A DNA stretch of 64,000 bases from Longimicrobiales bacterium (lineage in GTDB: Bacteria > Gemmatimonadota > Gemmatimonadetes > Longimicrobiales > Gaopeijiaceae): positions 352,001-416,000 of the forward strand of contig CAXXKM010000003.1 of NCBI GenBank assembly GCA_963664435.2. Direction: 5' to 3'. Shown here in pieces: positions 21,992 to 31,371 of this stretch (positions are counted from its first letter, which is position 1; each line of letters opens with the position of its first letter). A program made the position numbers and the translations under genes. The notes beneath the pieces were generated by a model. That model searched no databases. It was not told where the DNA came from and saw nothing but the letters and a program-made list of their open reading frames with translations.

Positions 21992-22636
21992 ATGTCCGTC
22001 AACGAACAGATTTCCGGATTCCTGAAGGCAGGCCTGGAACGGGGCCTACCTCGAGGGCAACTCAAGGAGGTGCTTCTCGAGGCCGGTTGGCCTCAAGATC
22101 AGGTTCGACGCGCCCTGGGCGGTTTCGCCGACATCGCGTTTCCGATCCCCGTCCCCCGCCCCGCACCATACCTCTCCGCTCGTGAAGCCTTCGTCTACCT
22201 CGTTCTCTTCGGCACGCTGTACAGCAGCGCGGTCAGCCTGGGGAGCCTCATCTTCGCGTTCATCCATCAGGCGTTTCCCGATCCTTCCCTGGATCCGGCA
22301 GCCGCCCTGGCGTCGACGCGAGAGGAGATACGGTGGTCGATCTCCTTCCTCGTGGCGACCTTCCCCGTCTTCGCCTTCGTCTTCTGGACGAACGATCGAG
22401 CTGTCCGGAAAGACCCGGGTCGGCGGCTCTCACGGGTTCGGCAATCGCTGACGTACCTGTCGCTCTTCCTGGGTGCGGCCACCCTCATCGGCGTGGTCAC
22501 GAGCATCGTCTACAACCTCCTCGGCGGCGAATTGACGGTCCGGTTCGCCCTGAAGGTCGTCACTGTCGGAACGATCACCGGCTTGTTGTTCGGATACTTC
22601 CTCCGCGACGTGCGCAAGGAGCAGGTGGCAGAATGA
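21992..22636 (+). CDS. DUF5671-like membrane protein
   Basis: LLEAGWP..., PVPRP..SAREAF.YL, four TM helices. Confidence 0.75.
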   Translation: MSVNEQISGFLKAGLERGLPRGQLKEVLLEAGWPQDQVRRALGGFADIAFPIPVPRPAPYLSAREAFVYLVLFGTLYSSAVSLGSLIFAFIHQAFPDPSLDPAAALASTREEIRWSISFLVATFPVFAFVFWTNDRAVRKDPGRRLSRVRQSLTYLSLFLGAATLIGVVTSIVYNLLGGELTVRFALKVVTVGTITGLLFGYFLRDVRKEQVAE

Positions 22637-23136
22637 AACTCTCGCCGCAACACATCGCGTTGGCAGCCTCGGGAGCGGCCGTTGTCGCGGCGGTGGCGTT
22701 CGGGCTCGTACTCCTGGGACCTCCCGCGCAGGAGCGCGAGCGCCGCATCGACGACCGGCGCGTGGCGGACCTGCACGGAATCGCGGCAGCCACGAATCTC
22801 TACTGGTCTCGACATTCGCGGCTGCCGGCGTCCCTGGACGATCTGACGGCCGCACCCGGCTTGAGGATCAACACCCGCGATCCCGCAAGCTCGGAGACCT
22901 ACGAGTACCAGGCGCTCGACAGCTTGCGCTACGAGGTGTGCGCAACCTTCGATGGGGAGTCCCTTTCGGTGCCCGGAGAGGCGACCACAATCCCTCCCGC
23001 CGTTCAGATGAGCTGCCAGGGGTGCCATGCAGCAGCCAGGATCCGGGTCGACGATCCAGTCACTCGGCAGTTCAAGCCTCGGGACCTGTGGACACACGGT
23101 ACCGGACGGCAGTGCTTCCAGCTGCAGGCGCGGTGA
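22633..23136 (+). CDS. pilin/pseudopilin-like membrane-anchored protein
   Basis: N-terminal TM, RRIDDRRVADL, LPASLDDL, DP....YEY, YEVCATF; contains CQGCH. Confidence 0.65.
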   Translation: MKLSPQHIALAASGAAVVAAVAFGLVLLGPPAQERERRIDDRRVADLHGIAAATNLYWSRHSRLPASLDDLTAAPGLRINTRDPASSETYEYQALDSLRYEVCATFDGESLSVPGEATTIPPAVQMSCQGCHAAARIRVDDPVTRQFKPRDLWTHGTGRQCFQLQAR

Positions 23137-23229
23137 AGGCCCAGCTGGCCGGCATGGCCTGGTTCACTGAACTCGGAACCCTTCGCGGCGGGCCGGTGGC
23201 AGGCATCCGGGGCCGCCCCTGCCCGCCGC

Positions 23230-23913
23230 CTACGCCGCCTGCTCGTCGGCGCTGGCCTCCCGCAGCGCATCCGCCATGATCCCGCACGCCGACCCGATCA
23301 CCCCGATCCCGGCGAACATCGCCACGGTCGCCAGCATTCTACCGCCGGCCGTCACGGGCTGGATGTCGCCGTACCCCACCGTCGTCAGCGTGACCACCGC
23401 CCACCACAGGCCGTCGTACACCGATCCGAAGACCTCCGGCTGCACCTCGCGCTCGAGGTGGTACATGCCGAACCCGGCCGTGAACACCACGATGCTCGTG
23501 CCCGCAAACAGCGCACCGGCCTCATCCATGGCGTGCCGGAACGCCCTCGCGAGCTTGACCACGGCGTTGGTATGGGTGGCCAGCTTCGCCGTCGAGACGA
23601 AGATGCGAAACAGGCGAAAGGCACGAAGCGCCTTCAGATCGAATCCCGTGAACGCCCAGAGCGGCAGGATCGCGAGGAAATCCACGACCCCCATGAAGCT
23701 GAACGCGTACTTCTTCCAGTCCTCCGCGCGCCGGATGCGAACGCACCACTCGACCGTGTAGAGCGACCAGACGCCCACACCGGCCCAGAAGAAAAACGTC
23801 TCCGCACCGGCCATGGCGTCCGCCGTCTCCGCGGTCTGGAGCACCAGATCCACGAAAATGACGACGATCACCGCAAGTTCGATTCGTTCCGGGAGTGGAG
23901 AGGGTTGTCGCAT
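23230..23913 (-). CDS. voltage-gated potassium channel-type ion transporter
   Basis: TLTTVGYGD selectivity filter; S4-like LRAFRLFR. Confidence 0.92.
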   Translation of the reverse strand: MRQPSPLPERIELAVIVVIFVDLVLQTAETADAMAGAETFFFWAGVGVWSLYTVEWCVRIRRAEDWKKYAFSFMGVVDFLAILPLWAFTGFDLKALRAFRLFRIFVSTAKLATHTNAVVKLARAFRHAMDEAGALFAGTSIVVFTAGFGMYHLEREVQPEVFGSVYDGLWWAVVTLTTVGYGDIQPVTAGGRMLATVAMFAGIGVIGSACGIMADALREASADEQAA

Positions 23914-24089
23914 TGGGGGTCTCCTGCGGGGTGGGTGGGGGTCGGGGGGTCGGGTGGAGGTTGCTGGTGGGGTGGTGGCGGGGACAAGGGAGGGAGTGGT
24001 GCACGCGAACAGCGCTCGGACCCGCTGATGGTCTGCTGAGCCCGAGGTATTAGCTTCCGGCGACTTGTGTTCGCCGATGAGTGAGCCAA

Positions 24090-24266
24090 CACCTTTAGGC
24101 GAATGGCTACGCCAAGGTGTACCAACGACACCGGAAGAACCAGAAGACCAGAGCCGCCGCGGATATCGCCTTCGAGATGGAGGCCCTTGGCGAGGCTGGA
24201 GTCACCGCGGAGATCCGCGCCGTGCTGCAAGAGGTCGTTTGCCTCGCGAGAGCTGGCTCGCAATGA
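24090..24266 (+). pseudogene. probable C-terminal remnant of an OLD/TOPRIM ATP-dependent nuclease
   Basis: HL*ANGYAKVY...KTRAAADIAFEM....GV..EIRAVLQEVV ending in a TGA that overlaps the helicase ATG; family call from motif resemblance only. Confidence 0.45.
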
Positions 24267-26131
24267 TCACCTTCGAGAATCTCAACGAGAATCAGCGCCG
24301 CGCCGTGGAGTGGAACGACGGACCGCTTCTCGTGCTCGCCGGACCGGGTTCGGGCAAGACTGGGGTCCTGACCCTACGGGTGGCTCGGCTGCTCGAAGAG
24401 GATGAGGATGCGGCGGCCTTGGCCCTTACCTTCACCACCAAGGCCGCCGCGGAAATGCGTGAGCGGGTGGACCAGCTCCTGGGCGAGCGCAGCGACCGAG
24501 CCCAGCTGTGCACCTTCCACTCCTTTGCGGCCGATGTTCTCGGACAGCACGGAAGCCATTTGGGAATCCGGCCCAACTTTCATCCGCTGACTCGGGACGA
24601 AGATCGGATTGCCATCCTCGAAGAGGTCATCAAAGACCTGCCGGGTGGTGGGTGGGAACTGCCACCGGATCGGAACAACGTCCTCAAACTCATTGATCGG
24701 CTATTCTCGGAATCGTACCCGGGCACAGGCGAGTCCGTCTCGCTGACCAACACTCCCGCATGGCTCCCACGACTCTTTCGACGCTACTGCGGCGCTCTGG
24801 TTCAGGCCAACCGGCTCGACTTCGGGAGCCTGCTCTACTTCGCAACCCGGCTCCTCAGAGCAAAGCCGGCCGTGGCGCGCGTGGTTCGCCTGGGTTGGAC
24901 GCACATCTGTGTCGACGAATTCCAAGACACCAACATGGCACAGTACGATCTTCTGCGACTCGTCGCGCCCGCCAGCGACCACAATCTGTTCGTCGTCGCG
25001 GATGACGACCAGATCATCTACCAATGGAACGGTGCTAGTCCAAAGCGCTTTCGAGACCTTCGCCGGGACTACGATCTGAAGGGCATTCAGCTACCGGAGA
25101 GCTACCGCTGCCCGGCTGCGATTATCGCACTCGCGAACCGCCTGATTTCACACAACAAACAGCGATTCAGCGCCAAGAAGGCCCTTTCAGTACATGATCC
25201 GGGAAGTCCTTACGGTGGAGCCGTGCGATTTGCCGATTTCCCGTCACCCGGGAGGGAGGCGGCGTTCGTGGCAAAGGACATTAGGGAACGCGGACTTCGG
25301 CCCTCTGAATGTGTTGTCCTCGGCCGAACCAACCAGCTGATACGAGGTGCCGCGGACACCCTCGAGAGAGCAGGGCTCGAAGCGTATTTGCCTCGCAAGA
25401 AGAGCGAGTTCGATTCGCCCGTCCTGGCAGTTCTCGTGGAGGCACTACGGTTGGCCAATTCCCGGCATGACCGGGTCATCCTCCGCAGGATTTGCCTGGC
25501 ATGGGAAGGGCTGACTGGCGTGGCCATCGACCCGAGTGGCGTCCGGGCCGCGGCGGCACTCGTGGGAGGTGACTTCCTGCGGGCCTGGGTTGACGTAGCG
25601 GCTGCCGCCAGCGGTACCAAAGGAGCGCTCAAGCAAATCCGGACCGATCTCGTGGATCGGCTGATGTTCCCGGAGATTGTCGATACCTTCCTCGACCAGG
25701 GATGGCGATCATGGAACGGGGCCGACCGCGCCGAATTGACCGACGAGGAAGTCACAACCTGGAAGGCCCTGCACCACGACATCATCACCGAGTACGGGGC
25801 GCGTGTGCCTTTGAATACCTACCTGCAGCAATTGGATCTGTCGTCAAAGACTCCGGCACCTGGACCGAACGCACTTCGGTGCATGACGGTACACGCCGCC
25901 AAGGGCCTCGAATTCAAGCATGTCTACCTGATCGGCATGGCCCAGGAGGTGTTTCCGTTCTATCGGGCCCTGAAGAAGGGAGCGACCAGCCAGGAAGTGG
26001 AGGAGGAACGAAGAAGTTGCTTCGTGGCAATCACGCGCGCGCGCAAGACGTTAACCATGACGAGATCAAGGACGTACTACGGCTACATGAAGGAGGCGTC
26101 TCAGTTCTTGCGGGAGATGGGCGGCGGGTAG
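24263..26131 (+). CDS. UvrD/REP-family SF1A helicase (GajB-like context)
   Basis: LAGPGSGKT, VDEFQD, DDDQIIYQW, SYRC, TVHAAKGLEF, FVAITRAR. Confidence 0.92.
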   Translation: MITFENLNENQRRAVEWNDGPLLVLAGPGSGKTGVLTLRVARLLEEDEDAAALALTFTTKAAAEMRERVDQLLGERSDRAQLCTFHSFAADVLGQHGSHLGIRPNFHPLTRDEDRIAILEEVIKDLPGGGWELPPDRNNVLKLIDRLFSESYPGTGESVSLTNTPAWLPRLFRRYCGALVQANRLDFGSLLYFATRLLRAKPAVARVVRLGWTHICVDEFQDTNMAQYDLLRLVAPASDHNLFVVADDDQIIYQWNGASPKRFRDLRRDYDLKGIQLPESYRCPAAIIALANRLISHNKQRFSAKKALSVHDPGSPYGGAVRFADFPSPGREAAFVAKDIRERGLRPSECVVLGRTNQLIRGAADTLERAGLEAYLPRKKSEFDSPVLAVLVEALRLANSRHDRVILRRICLAWEGLTGVAIDPSGVRAAAALVGGDFLRAWVDVAAAASGTKGALKQIRTDLVDRLMFPEIVDTFLDQGWRSWNGADRAELTDEEVTTWKALHHDIITEYGARVPLNTYLQQLDLSSKTPAPGPNALRCMTVHAAKGLEFKHVYLIGMAQEVFPFYRALKKGATSQEVEEERRSCFVAITRARKTLTMTRSRTYYGYMKEASQFLREMGGG

Positions 26132-26142
26132 AGAAACCGGCG

Positions 26143-26807
26143 TTGCGGTTCTTGTCGGAGACGGTACCCGAGCGATAGCGTTCCTCTCCCCCGAACAGGA
26201 ACCAGCCCATGCCGCCGCGATACTCGAAACCTCCCGGCACCACCTACCAACTCCGAGTCGCTCTCAAGGGGACCCGGCCCCCGATCTGGCGCCGCTTCCT
26301 CGTCTCGCCATCGATGAAGCTCTCCCGGCTGCACGATGTCCTTCAGGCCGTCATGGGCTGGTACGACAGTCACCTCCACATGTTCATCAAGGGCCGGCGG
26401 CGGTTCATGCTTCCCAACCCATGGATGGATGACATGAGCCGGTCCAGCGAGCCCCGGTTCCTCGACGAGCGCAAGTACCGGGTCGATCAGCTCCTGAAGC
26501 GGGAGAAGGACTGGATCGAGTATCAATACGACTTCGGCGACAGCTGGTACCACCGGATCACGCTGCAGAAGATCCTGCTTCGCGATCCCGCGGTACGGTT
26601 GCCGGTATGCGTCTCCGGGAAGCGCTCCTGTCCACCCGAGGACTGCGGTGGAGTCTGGCGCTTCTACGAGATGCTGGCCATTCTCGCGGACCCGGACCAC
26701 GAGGAATACGAGGAGATGGCGGAGTGGCTGGACCCGGACTTCGACCCGGAGGCGTTCAGCGTCAAAGACGTCAACGAGACGCTCCGGGCGGTGTTCGGCC
26801 GATGACC
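26143..26807 (+). repeat. ~665-bp direct repeat, copy 1 (copy 2 at 34046-34709)
   Basis: near-identical upstream region plus pRiA4b ORF-3 gene. Confidence 0.92.
26209..26805 (+). CDS. plasmid pRiA4b ORF-3 family protein
   Basis: PPIWRR, LHDVLQAVMGW..SHLH, YDFGDSW.H, CPPEDCGG. Confidence 0.9.
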   Translation: MPPRYSKPPGTTYQLRVALKGTRPPIWRRFLVSPSMKLSRLHDVLQAVMGWYDSHLHMFIKGRRRFMLPNPWMDDMSRSSEPRFLDERKYRVDQLLKREKDWIEYQYDFGDSWYHRITLQKILLRDPAVRLPVCVSGKRSCPPEDCGGVWRFYEMLAILADPDHEEYEEMAEWLDPDFDPEAFSVKDVNETLRAVFGR

Positions 26808-26857
26808 GGATCCGCCTCCTGGTGCTGCCAGCCAACCCGCGCGACGGTGCCTGGTAC

Positions 26858-27931
26858 CTAGCGCGTCGTTCCCTCGCGGTAGGCATCGGTCAGGGCAGCG
26901 AGCAGCTCATCGGTGATGGCCGTGGCGGAACTCCCCTTCCCGATCTTGTCTCCGTTGATCTTTTCGACCTTGGCGATCGAGTGCGGCGCCCGCCTCTCGA
27001 ATACGGAACGCCAGAGCGACACGTACGGCTTGCCGTTGTCATTCCAGATCGTCACGAGGCCGGCCTTCTCCGTGGTGAACCTGGGGAGAAGCGTGAACCT
27101 GTTGCCCTTGACGCCCCGGTAGGTATACAGACGTACGCCCGGCAGGTCTGCCAAGCCGTCCGCCCACTGCAGGAGGAGGCGGAACACCTTCCGGTCCTCG
27201 TCTTCCACATTGGCCAAAGAAGCCCTGAAGGCGTCGGTGCCATCCGAGAGGACACCCTGTGCAGTTCCGCGCGGCTTCATCGGCGAGTCGGCGGCGCTCG
27301 CATCCAAGCCGAGCGAAACCCTCTGGGGCAGCGCGATTTCAGCACCACCCATCGCAAACCGCGAAACAGTGATCAGGTCAATCGTGATGGCTCGTCTCGT
27401 CACTGCATCCAGGTAGGCGACAATGCGCTCGAGTTCAACCGAGGTGTCGTCCAGCAGGAGCACGAGTCGAAATGCCCCGTTGGACAGGTAGTCCTGCATG
27501 GTCTCGACAAACGCATCCGCGTCTACTTCGCTCTGCTGATCCTGGGCCTGAACGGCTTCCAGAATCGACCCGTGACCCTGCTTCTGGAGGAATCCGCGCA
27601 ACGGCCCCCGCTCCAGTTCCTCCACCCTCGATCCCCGGAGCCATGCCGCGTAGGAGAGCGCCTGAGCCACGATCGCTCGCTTGGCTTCAGCGTTCCTGGC
27701 GAGCTTGACTTCGATGATGACGGGCCGTCCCGTCGTCTCCACGGCCAGCAGGTCTGCCCACCCGGAACCCAGAGAAACCTCGCTCCCGATGACGACAAGG
27801 TTCGGAGAACCCGCCAGCGGAAGCATGTGGATGTTCTCCTCAGCGAGTTCGTGCAGGTCCTTCTCCAACCCGAACTTCTGTGACGCAGCCGTCTTCCAGC
27901 CGTCCTTGCTCTTGACCCAGATTCCGCTCAT
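26858..27931 (-). CDS. NucS-like PD-(D/E)XK nuclease domain protein
   Basis: EKDLH..., ADLLAV...IIEVKL, QALSYAAWL. Confidence 0.75.
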   Translation of the reverse strand: MSGIWVKSKDGWKTAASQKFGLEKDLHELAEENIHMLPLAGSPNLVVIGSEVSLGSGWADLLAVETTGRPVIIEVKLARNAEAKRAIVAQALSYAAWLRGSRVEELERGPLRGFLQKQGHGSILEAVQAQDQQSEVDADAFVETMQDYLSNGAFRLVLLLDDTSVELERIVAYLDAVTRRAITIDLITVSRFAMGGAEIALPQRVSLGLDASAADSPMKPRGTAQGVLSDGTDAFRASLANVEDEDRKVFRLLLQWADGLADLPGVRLYTYRGVKGNRFTLLPRFTTEKAGLVTIWNDNGKPYVSLWRSVFERRAPHSIAKVEKINGDKIGKGSSATAITDELLAALTDAYREGTTR

Positions 27932-28134
27932 GTGGTGGTTTCCCCTACCTCGATCTCGCGGATTGCCATGCCAGCGGCATTCTCGACTGCCACTTCCATG
28001 TACTCGCGGACCGCATCCGCGATGGTCGCCAGAGCTTCCTCTTCCGTCGTCGCCTGGGAGGCACAACCCGGAAGGCCTGGAACCCAGACGGAGAATCCCT
28101 CTTCAGATTCTTCAAGCGCTACCCGGTATTTCAT
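27928..28134 (-). CDS. hicB: HicB-family antitoxin (no adjacent toxin)
   Basis: MKYRVALEESEEGFSVWVPGLPGCASQ.TTEEEAL. Confidence 0.85.
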   Translation of the reverse strand: MKYRVALEESEEGFSVWVPGLPGCASQATTEEEALATIADAVREYMEVAVENAAGMAIREIEVGETTT

Positions 28135-28234
28135 CGTCCACATCCAGGGTCATCCAGATCCAAAGCCGTCAAAGTACCGTTCAATTTAGCGTTTCGGGCG
28201 ACGAGGAGATCGAGACGTAGCTGCTGCCAGTGGG

Positions 28235-28936
28235 TCACACCAGCTCTCCCCGGTCGCCCCACCGTTTCTCGAACTCACGAAGTCGTCGCCGGGTTTCTGC
28301 GTCCGGGTTGATGATGAAGAACGTCCGGTTGCTCACTCGACGCCAGTAGTAGGCCAGTGTGTCGCCCGGGAGCTGGTCCTTCCACCAAAGGATTTCGTTG
28401 CGATGGCCACCCGGGCGTCTGGTGTTGTGGTGGTAGACCACGGCGGTTCGTCCCTCCGCGAGTGCCATCGCCTCCGCGAGTGGAATTCGCTTCGCATTCT
28501 CCTTTCTCGTGGGCCTGAAACGGTCGTCGGACACGAGGCCGTTATCGGGGTCGGCGAAGACGAGATCGCAGCCGGCAAGCTGCCGCTTGACCCGGCTGAA
28601 CCACCGGTTCCGCCAGTGCTCGCGATCCTGGACCTTGATCTCGGCCACCAGAAGGCGGTCGGCGGCAAAGACCGCATCGCCAAGAACGCCGGACTCCTGG
28701 ATGTCCGCGACTGACCGCCGGTCGCCGATCAGCTTCATCAGGGTGTCGAACAACTCTGCGTCAAGGTGCCGCCACTCGTCCGGATCCTGGAGGTACGCGA
28801 TGTGCTTGCCATCCCCCGCGGGTCCAACGTTGGGGTGCAGGTACCAAGCGACACCGAGACGCCTGGTCCCGCGGATCGCCCGCAGAAGTCCGTACTTGAC
28901 AAAGTCTCCGATATCTCCGGCGTACCGATCCTGCAT
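28235..28936 (-). CDS. conserved hypothetical protein (MQDRYAGDIGDF.KYGLLR type; possible methyltransferase-like fold)
   Basis: DLVFADPDNG motif; GGAG RBS; paralogous C-terminus at 51094-51290. Confidence 0.7.
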   Translation of the reverse strand: MQDRYAGDIGDFVKYGLLRAIRGTRRLGVAWYLHPNVGPAGDGKHIAYLQDPDEWRHLDAELFDTLMKLIGDRRSVADIQESGVLGDAVFAADRLLVAEIKVQDREHWRNRWFSRVKRQLAGCDLVFADPDNGLVSDDRFRPTRKENAKRIPLAEAMALAEGRTAVVYHHNTRRPGGHRNEILWWKDQLPGDTLAYYWRRVSNRTFFIINPDAETRRRLREFEKRWGDRGELV

Positions 28937-28964
28937 GTGGTCGCTCTCCTGTCCGGGGGCGAGA

Positions 28965-29313
28965 GTGCTGCACTCGGCTTGCCGCCGGTCGTGTGCTGCC
29001 GTGGCACGAGGCCGAGCCAGGCCGAGAAGTCGCGCCCGCGCCAAAAGCTCTCCATCGGCGGTGCCAAGGCCTGCAGCGTCATCGCCGTAATCGGCCCGAT
29101 TCCCGGAATCGTCATCAGGCGCGCCGTCTCTTCGCACTCCCGCGCGCTCGCCTGGAGCTTCCGGTCGACTCCAGCGATCTTCTCATCGAGTTCATCGACT
29201 CGCGCGAGCAGCAGCCAGCCCAGCTCGACGACCGTCTCCGGCAAGCCCGAGTCCCCGTACTCCAGTACCATCTTGGCACATTGCGATGCCGTCGGGAGGG
29301 GCGTCCACTCCAT
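28965..29313 (-). pseudogene. IS110-family transposase internal fragment
   Basis: LMTIPGIGPITA, RGRDFSAWLGLVPRQHTTGGK. Confidence 0.85.
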
Positions 29314-29413
29314 CGATAGAAGACTGGGAAGGCGTCACGGTTGATGCGACCGGCCGGGTGCGGTCGCCTAATTCCCGCAAGTGGACTGCTAGCCGGACGC
29401 GATCCGCCCGGCC

Positions 29414-30931
29414 TCATCGCGATCCCCGCCCTGCGCCGACGCTAATCCCCCGGCTAATAAGCACGTCGCCGCTGTTGAAATCCGCCTTCCCGGCGACAGC
29501 TTCCGCATCCATGTATTGTACCCGTATATTGTCGGCCAGTTCGGCTTCAAGGATCTCCAGGAACATGTCTACGTAGTTGGGACCTGAGGATGGTCGGAGC
29601 CGGCGATTGAAGAGAACGACGTAGTTGATCCCGTTTCCGCGTTGCAATGCCAGCGTGTTCGTGCCGTCGAGGCTTCCCGTATGGTACCACCACCACCCCG
29701 GTCCTTCTCGCCCTGCGCGGCGGCGACCAATGTCGTCGCCAAAGACGACGAAGGCATCAAGAAACGCCAATATCGCGCGCGTGGACGCCACCAGACCGCC
29801 ATGGGCGATCTTGGCCTCGTGGTCCCACCCTCCTTCCGGGCACCAAACATCAGGCCCCGACGGGTCGAAAACGTTCCGGCATCTGAACACCCCGTCGTAC
29901 CAAGGCTCCCGGAGGCTTCGGTGCTTCGGGAAAGTCCGCCCTTGAATGAGGTCGCCTCGAGGAACGCCGAGCGGATCGAAGATGTTCTCAAGCACATAGG
30001 TCATGTAGTCCTTGCCTGACACGTCTTCGATAATGAGGCTTAGTACAAGGTATCCGATATTCGAGTAGGCGCGCCTGGAACCCGGACTGAACTGGAGGGG
30101 CTGACCCAAGACAAAGCGCACAGTGTTCGCGCGTCCCGGCGGACTCACGACCGATAGTGCTGCCGCGATTTCGATCTCCCGAAACGCGAAGTCCGGAGCG
30201 ATGTCCCGGTCCCAACCACCCCGGTGCTGAAGCAGGTGCAAGACGGTAATTTCGGCCAGCCGCCCATCGCCCAGTTGAGGGAATGGATCGAGTTTCAGCA
30301 ACCCGCCTCCGGTTTGCCCCAGATCGAAGACGCGGTCGTTCAGCGCCAGCATCCCATCGCTCACAAGCTTATGGATCGCGGCAGCCGTAATGGGCTTCGT
30401 AACACTCGCGAGCCTCATCATCATGTCCTGCCGTACGGGCACCCGGCGCTGAGCGTCCATGTAGCCGACGGCTCCATCATATATGATCTCGCCTTGCTCC
30501 ATGACACCCAACACCGCGGCTCCGATGCCGTGCAGCTCGATGAACCGTTGTAGCAGCCCCGTGAAGTCGAGGACTCTGACCACCGCAGATCCTGACGTAG
30601 ACCCGGCGCTGGCCGTGATCGTCGTCGTTCCGTTGCCCGCCGCCGTCACCAGCCCCGACCCGTCCACCGTCGCCACCGAGGCGTTGCTGCTTGACCACGA
30701 CACCGTCGCCCCAGACATCGCGTTGCCGCTCTGGTCGCGCACCTCCGCCGTCAGTTGAACGGATGCGCCGAGCGCGGAGAACTCCGCCCTGGTCGGGCTT
30801 ACCACCACCGTTGTGGGACGAGGCGTATCCGCCGGCGGCGCAATGGGGCTGTCACCGTCCCCGCATCCCTTGGTCAGGGCCACGACCGCTAACAGGGCGC
30901 ACAGCCGGATCAGCGGTCGGTAACGACTCAT
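29414..30931 (-). CDS. lipoprotein: Ig-like (BIG2) domain + serine hydrolase (beta-lactamase-like)
   Basis: lipobox LTKGC; VATVDGSGLVTA; LASVTK (SxxK), YSNIGY, HTG; start uncertain (31039 possible). Confidence 0.85.
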   Translation of the reverse strand: MSRYRPLIRLCALLAVVALTKGCGDGDSPIAPPADTPRPTTVVVSPTRAEFSALGASVQLTAEVRDQSGNAMSGATVSWSSSNASVATVDGSGLVTAAGNGTTTITASAGSTSGSAVVRVLDFTGLLQRFIELHGIGAAVLGVMEQGEIIYDGAVGYMDAQRRVPVRQDMMMRLASVTKPITAAAIHKLVSDGMLALNDRVFDLGQTGGGLLKLDPFPQLGDGRLAEITVLHLLQHRGGWDRDIAPDFAFREIEIAAALSVVSPPGRANTVRFVLGQPLQFSPGSRRAYSNIGYLVLSLIIEDVSGKDYMTYVLENIFDPLGVPRGDLIQGRTFPKHRSLREPWYDGVFRCRNVFDPSGPDVWCPEGGWDHEAKIAHGGLVASTRAILAFLDAFVVFGDDIGRRRAGREGPGWWWYHTGSLDGTNTLALQRGNGINYVVLFNRRLRPSSGPNYVDMFLEILEAELADNIRVQYMDAEAVAGKADFNSGDVLISRGISVGAGRGSR

Positions 30932-31371
30932 GGATTGGTCGTTGCGGACGAGTATTCGGCGTATGGTTTGCGCGAGCAGTGAAGAGGGCGTCACGAAGAG
31001 CGTCATCGCCAGCAAGAATCCCCTGGTTGCGGCGCGCATTGTCGATCCCCTCACGGGTGGTGGGTTCCCCGGCGCCTCGCCGCTGCTGCGGGTCGCCGTG
31101 TAGCTCGGCATGTCCTCCCGCGCCGATCCATCGGTGGCGCGCGTACACCCTGTCGTGGCCATCATATCGCGCGGTCCGTTGACGTGCGATCGGAGCGACA
31201 CGCAGCAGGTCAGCCGTATGATAGTAACACGATGATGCCAGGCTCAGGCGCAAGATCGCCCGTTGTCCACATGGCCCGACCCCCGATACATTCGACCGCC
31301 TCACACACCAGGTACTGCTGATTCGACCGGAGGGCCGCCGAATGATATAGGGGCCAGCACCCGCACGGCCC

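Noticed and set aside
28965..29410. Intact IS110 with bridge RNA
   Set aside because: Only an internal fragment remains; no DEDD domain or recognisable ends.
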